64,000 nucleotides of DNA, taken from Alphaproteobacteria bacterium (lineage in GTDB: Bacteria > Pseudomonadota > Alphaproteobacteria > UBA828). Positions 63,020-64,000 of the stretch are shown piece after piece. Within the stretch, counting starts at the first letter, position 1; the number at the start of each line of letters is the position of its first letter. Location: NCBI GenBank assembly GCA_965207055.1, contig CBDBLP010000003.1, positions 816,913 to 880,912 on the forward strand. The letters are read 5' to 3'. The notes under the pieces are model-generated. The model did not search any database, was not told the origin of the DNA, and worked only from the letters and a program-made list of their open reading frames with translations. The position numbers and the translations under genes were made by a program.

Positions 63020-63652
63020 ATGGCAGAGAGGCGCAAGCAGCGGGAGCAGCCCGATTTCTCGTTGGAAGGCGCGGCCGGCGGGCGTGTGGCCGGCGTCGAC
63101 GAGGCCGGGAGAGGACCGTGGGCGGGGCCGGTGGTCGCGGCGGCAGTCGTGCTGGATACCGGGGAATTGTCGCCGCAGCTTCGCGCGATGATCACCGATT
63201 CCAAGCTGCTCACGGCGGAACGGCGCGCAGCGCTCCAGCCGGCAATCCTGGCCTGCGCCGATGCTGCCCTCGGCATCGCCAGCGTCGCCGAGATCGACAG
63301 CATGAACATTCTTCAGGCTACGCTGCTCGCCATGCGCCGCGCCGTCGCCCGCCTCGCCCACGCTCCCGAATTGGTGCTGGTGGACGGCAACCGCGCGCCC
63401 TGCCTGCCCTGCGAGGTTCGGACGGTGGTGGGCGGCGACCGCAAGAGCCGCTCCATCGCCGCGGCCTCGATCGTCGCCAAGGTGACCAGGGACCGTCTGA
63501 TGGCGCGCCTCGCGGCGGACTATCCGGGCTACGGCTGGGAGCGGAACGCCGGCTACGGCACGGCGGCGCACCAGGCCGCCCTCGCCCGGCTCGGGCCGTG
63601 CGTGCACCATCGGCGATCCTTCCGGCCGATCCGTGAACTCCTGGAAGCCTAA
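63020..63652 (+). CDS. rnhB: Ribonuclease HII
   Basis: [23 protein letters not shown]...DSKLL...VDGNR...[20 protein letters not shown]... Confidence 0.93.
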   Translation: MAERRKQREQPDFSLEGAAGGRVAGVDEAGRGPWAGPVVAAAVVLDTGELSPQLRAMITDSKLLTAERRAALQPAILACADAALGIASVAEIDSMNILQATLLAMRRAVARLAHAPELVLVDGNRAPCLPCEVRTVVGGDRKSRSIAAASIVAKVTRDRLMARLAADYPGYGWERNAGYGTAAHQAALARLGPCVHHRRSFRPIRELLEA

Positions 63653-63654
63653 GC

Positions 63655-64000
63655 GTGAGTAGCCGCGCGTCCGACGACGACCTCGTCGTCCATCCGCCGA
63701 ACATTCTGCGCTGGCGCGGTCGTCAGTTCGCCTGCGCCATCGGGTGGGGCGGGGTGCGGAGCAACAAGCGCGAGGGCGACGGCGCGACGCCCGCCGGCCG
63801 TTTCCCGCTCCGCCGGGTTCTCTACAGGCCCGACCGCTTGGCGCCGCCGCGCACGGCACTTCCCATTTCGCCGTTGAGCCCGTGCGACGGCTGGTGCGAC
63901 GATCCCGGCCACCCGCTCTACAACCGGCCGCTGCGCCTGCCCCGCGATGCCCGCCACGAAGAGCTGTGGCGGTCGGACCGCGTCTACGACTTGATCGTCA
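63655..64000 (+). CDS. L,D-transpeptidase-family (YkuD-like) protein, 5' part only (runs off the window)
   Basis: My translation from the GTG at 63655 gives VSSRASDDDLVVHPPNILRWRGRQFACAIGWGGVRSNKREGDGATPAGRFPLRRVLYRPDR...DDPGHPLYNRPLRLP..., open to the window end. It is absent from the ORF track because it has no stop. Confidence 0.6.
   Translation, partial: MSSRASDDDLVVHPPNILRWRGRQFACAIGWGGVRSNKREGDGATPAGRFPLRRVLYRPDRLAPPRTALPISPLSPCDGWCDDPGHPLYNRPLRLPRDARHEELWRSDRVYDLIV

Noticed and set aside
1-64000. CRISPR arrays, rRNA genes, transposases, integrases, toxin-antitoxin pairs or known defence systems.
   Set aside because: I found no regularly spaced direct repeats, no rRNA-like sequence, and no ORF with transposase, integrase, nuclease-helicase or TA-like signatures on either strand. 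The only repeats found are listed as features.

Overview
This is a high-GC (about 67-70%) segment of an alphaproteobacterial-type chromosome or chromid. The lineage call rests on DUF1013/TrcR-like and DUF1192 genes, hslVU and rpmB. Coding density is high and most long ORFs on the opposite strand are GC-driven shadow ORFs. I support about 60 protein genes, one tRNA-Val(GAC), one decayed permease pseudogene and one gene fragment.

Core genes: upp, a yhhQ-like transporter, rpmB, hslV, hslU, qor, ald, mmsA, nagK, nagA and rnhB.

The rest is mostly catabolic and transport functions:
- A CUT1 sugar-type ABC system next to a Cys-type sulfatase.
- A block with a MaoC dehydratase, a B12-binding radical SAM enzyme, a fused HyuA-HyuB hydantoinase/oxoprolinase plus a coupled Cys-rich mini-protein, a family III CoA-transferase and an HMG-CoA-lyase-like enzyme.
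- A five-component AmiC/UrtA-like amide/urea-type ABC transporter.
- soxBDAG (heterotetrameric sarcosine oxidase).
- A roughly 10 kb stretch unusually rich in C-N hydrolases: two amidase-signature enzymes, three nitrilase-superfamily enzymes and one M20 carbamoylase.
- A mosaic right-hand region where a lower-GC PotABCD-like transporter sits beside an orphan ATPase, a decayed permease and a truncated RidA-like fragment.

I saw no rRNA, CRISPR array, transposase, integrase, phage gene or recognisable defence system. No single clear-cut novel system stands out.

The items most worth a second look:
1. An operon that translationally couples a Mug/TDG-fold protein lacking the catalytic Asn to an N-terminally extended amidase and an orphan MalG-like permease.
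2. The B12-radical-SAM and fused-hydantoinase neighbourhood.
3. A roughly 140-160 nt structured intergenic repeat, with one copy in each of two convergent gene gaps.
4. A divergent SoxD with a long acidic Pro/Glu/Ala tail.
5. A bacterial Spondin_N lipoprotein.
6. The low-GC transporter island.

All functional calls come from motif and family recognition by eye. No database search was run.
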